Positions 62,670 to 64,000 of a stretch of 64,000 bases of DNA are shown one piece after another. This stretch comes from Vicugna vicugna (taxonomy: Eukaryota): contig MU057801.1 of NCBI GenBank assembly GCA_013265495.1, forward strand, positions 372,001 to 436,000, in the 5' to 3' direction. Position 1 is the first letter of the stretch. Each line of letters starts with the position of its first letter. Made by a program: the position numbers and the translations under genes. Below the pieces are notes generated by a model. The model searched no databases, had not been told where the DNA came from, and saw nothing but the letters and a program-made list of their open reading frames with translations.

Positions 62670-63200
62670 TTGTGTTAGTATTTTTATTGCTGCAAATACT
62701 AGACTTCGCAGCCTGACAGCACATGTCCGTTAGCTCATGGTTCTGTGCGTCAGAAGTCCTGGTGTGGCTGGCTTCTCTGCTCAGGGACTCTCGAGGCTAA
62801 AATCAAAGTGTCAGCCAGCGCTCTATCCAGAGCTTGGAGCTGCGGTAGAACTTAGTTCCTTGCAGCTGAGGACTGAGGTCCCTGTTTCCCTGCTGGCTCA
62901 GACAGAGTCCACTCTCAGTTTCTGGAGGCCACCCACATCCCTTTCCACATGGCCTCTTCCATCTGCAAGCCAGTGATGTAGAATCTCGTGGCAAATCCCC
63001 CTCACTCTTCCAATCTCCTTCTTCAGGAAAAGCCTGGTCTCTTTTTCAGGTCTCATCTGACAGATCCACAGGGCATATCTGAAAGCCAGCTGTGCCATAG
63101 GGCATTGCCCAGTCTACCCATCTCATCACGTTCACACTCAAGTTCATGCTGACATTCAAAGGGAGGGGTGAGAGTCTTGGGGACCAACCTAGAAACCTAT
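62670..63200 (-). mobile_element. MLT1-family LTR nested in L1M
   Basis: aggctaaaatcaaagtgtcagcca...gttccttgcagctgaggactgaggtccctgtttccctgctggct. Confidence 0.75.
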
Positions 63201-63245
63201 TTACACATTTTTTTTATCCTTTCTGACCATCTCTGCATTCTACTT

Positions 63246-63400
63246 ATTTTATTAAAAATTTTTAAAATTTATTTATGTTTTGTTGGGGGGAGGTAATTAG
63301 GTTTATTTATTTATTTATTCCTTAATGGAGGTGCTGGGGATGGAACTCAGGAACTAATGCATGCTAGGCATGCACTCTACCACTGAGCCACACCCTCCCC
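63246..63400 (-). mobile_element. Camelid Vic-1-type SINE with TSD
   Basis: ggggggaggtaattaggtttatttatt...ctctaccactgagccacaccctcccc. TSD atctctgcattctactt (63229) / atctctgcattttaatt (63403). Confidence 0.92.
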
Positions 63401-64000
63401 ATATCTCTGCATTTTAATTGATGTATTTAGACCATTAGTATTTAATGTAATTATTCATGTGGTTAGATTTAGGCCTACCATCTTATTTGTTTACTGTCTC
63501 CACTGTTTTTTCTTATTCTATTCGCCTTTACCTACTTTTTAAAAAATTAAGAGTATTTTCAGTATTCAATTTCAACTAGCTTTTTAACTATATCTTATTT
63601 TATGTTTTAGTGGTTGCTCTATGGATATAATATACATCAGTAGTCTTTCGTATTCTCATTGGAGTTAATATTGTACCATTTCACCTAAAATATAAAAACC
63701 ATATACTTATACCAGCCCCTTCTCCCTAGAAATCCCTTTCTCTTACAGTTGCCATGTATATTATTTCCACACACATTGAAAAACCAACAAAACAGTATTA
63801 TAATTTTTGTTTTAAACAATCATGTATATTTTAAAGAACTTAAGAAGAAAAATAGACTTTTGTATTTCCCCAGATATTTTCCAGTTTTATTGCTCTGTCT
63901 TCATTTCTGAAGATACAAGTTTCCCTTCCATGTAACTTCCCTTCACCCTGAACAACTTCCTGAATCACCTACAGCAAGTCTGATTCTGTAGTCTTCTTCC

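Larger units (their letters stand above)
1..64000 (+). other. CFAP61: Whole window inferred to lie inside the CFAP61 transcription unit (start and stop exons outside the window)
   Basis: Exon A starts and exon E ends mid-protein at splice sites. I found no further CFAP61-like exons before 19485 or after 58693. Confidence 0.85.
61720..64000 (-). mobile_element. Old L1M ORF2 remnant, interrupted by an MLT1 LTR and a SINE
   Basis: T-rich antisense L1 blocks (tttttattgatttctgatttaatgccattgtgatcagaga; attgatgtatttagaccatt). Confidence 0.75.

Noticed and set aside
35..63400. Antisense bias of SINEs and L1s relative to CFAP61
   Set aside because: Real, but the ordinary pattern for intronic retroelements.
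1..64000. CRISPR arrays, operons, defence systems, rRNA
   Set aside because: No repeat-spacer arrays, gene-dense coding or rRNA similarity. This is mammalian intron/exon DNA.

Overview
Mammalian genomic DNA, not prokaryotic, so the supplied ORF track with GTG/TTG starts is almost all noise. It is most likely camelid (Camelus/Vicugna), judged from five copies of a Vic-1-type tRNA-derived SINE and artiodactyl-type L1 3' ends. The window lies inside the + strand gene CFAP61 (C20orf26, cilia/flagella-associated protein 61). Five internal coding exons (128, 99, 169, 175 and 293 nt) have canonical AG/GT borders and splice in frame into 288 codons of the degenerate FAD/NAD(P)-binding oxidoreductase-like region. 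The rest is intron with L1, L2, MIR, MLT1, MER5/MER58/MER3/Tigger repeats, two microsatellites and two assembly gaps. Most notable: (1) a U5-less ERV LTR plus about 215 bp of flank, with a poly(A) tail and a perfect 15-bp TSD, apparently an L1-retroposed LTR-terminated transcript; (2) an exon starting with a perfect recursive-splice motif, CAG|GTGAGT; (3) a probable L1 3' transduction nested in an older L1; (4) four RFX X-boxes, one in an AP-1/CRE/X-box cluster; (5) focal AT-to-GC shifts in old repeats, suggesting GC-biased gene conversion. Repeat family names and comparisons with human CFAP61 are from recall, not database searches. Repeat boundaries are approximate unless a TSD is quoted. No prokaryote-type novel system is present.
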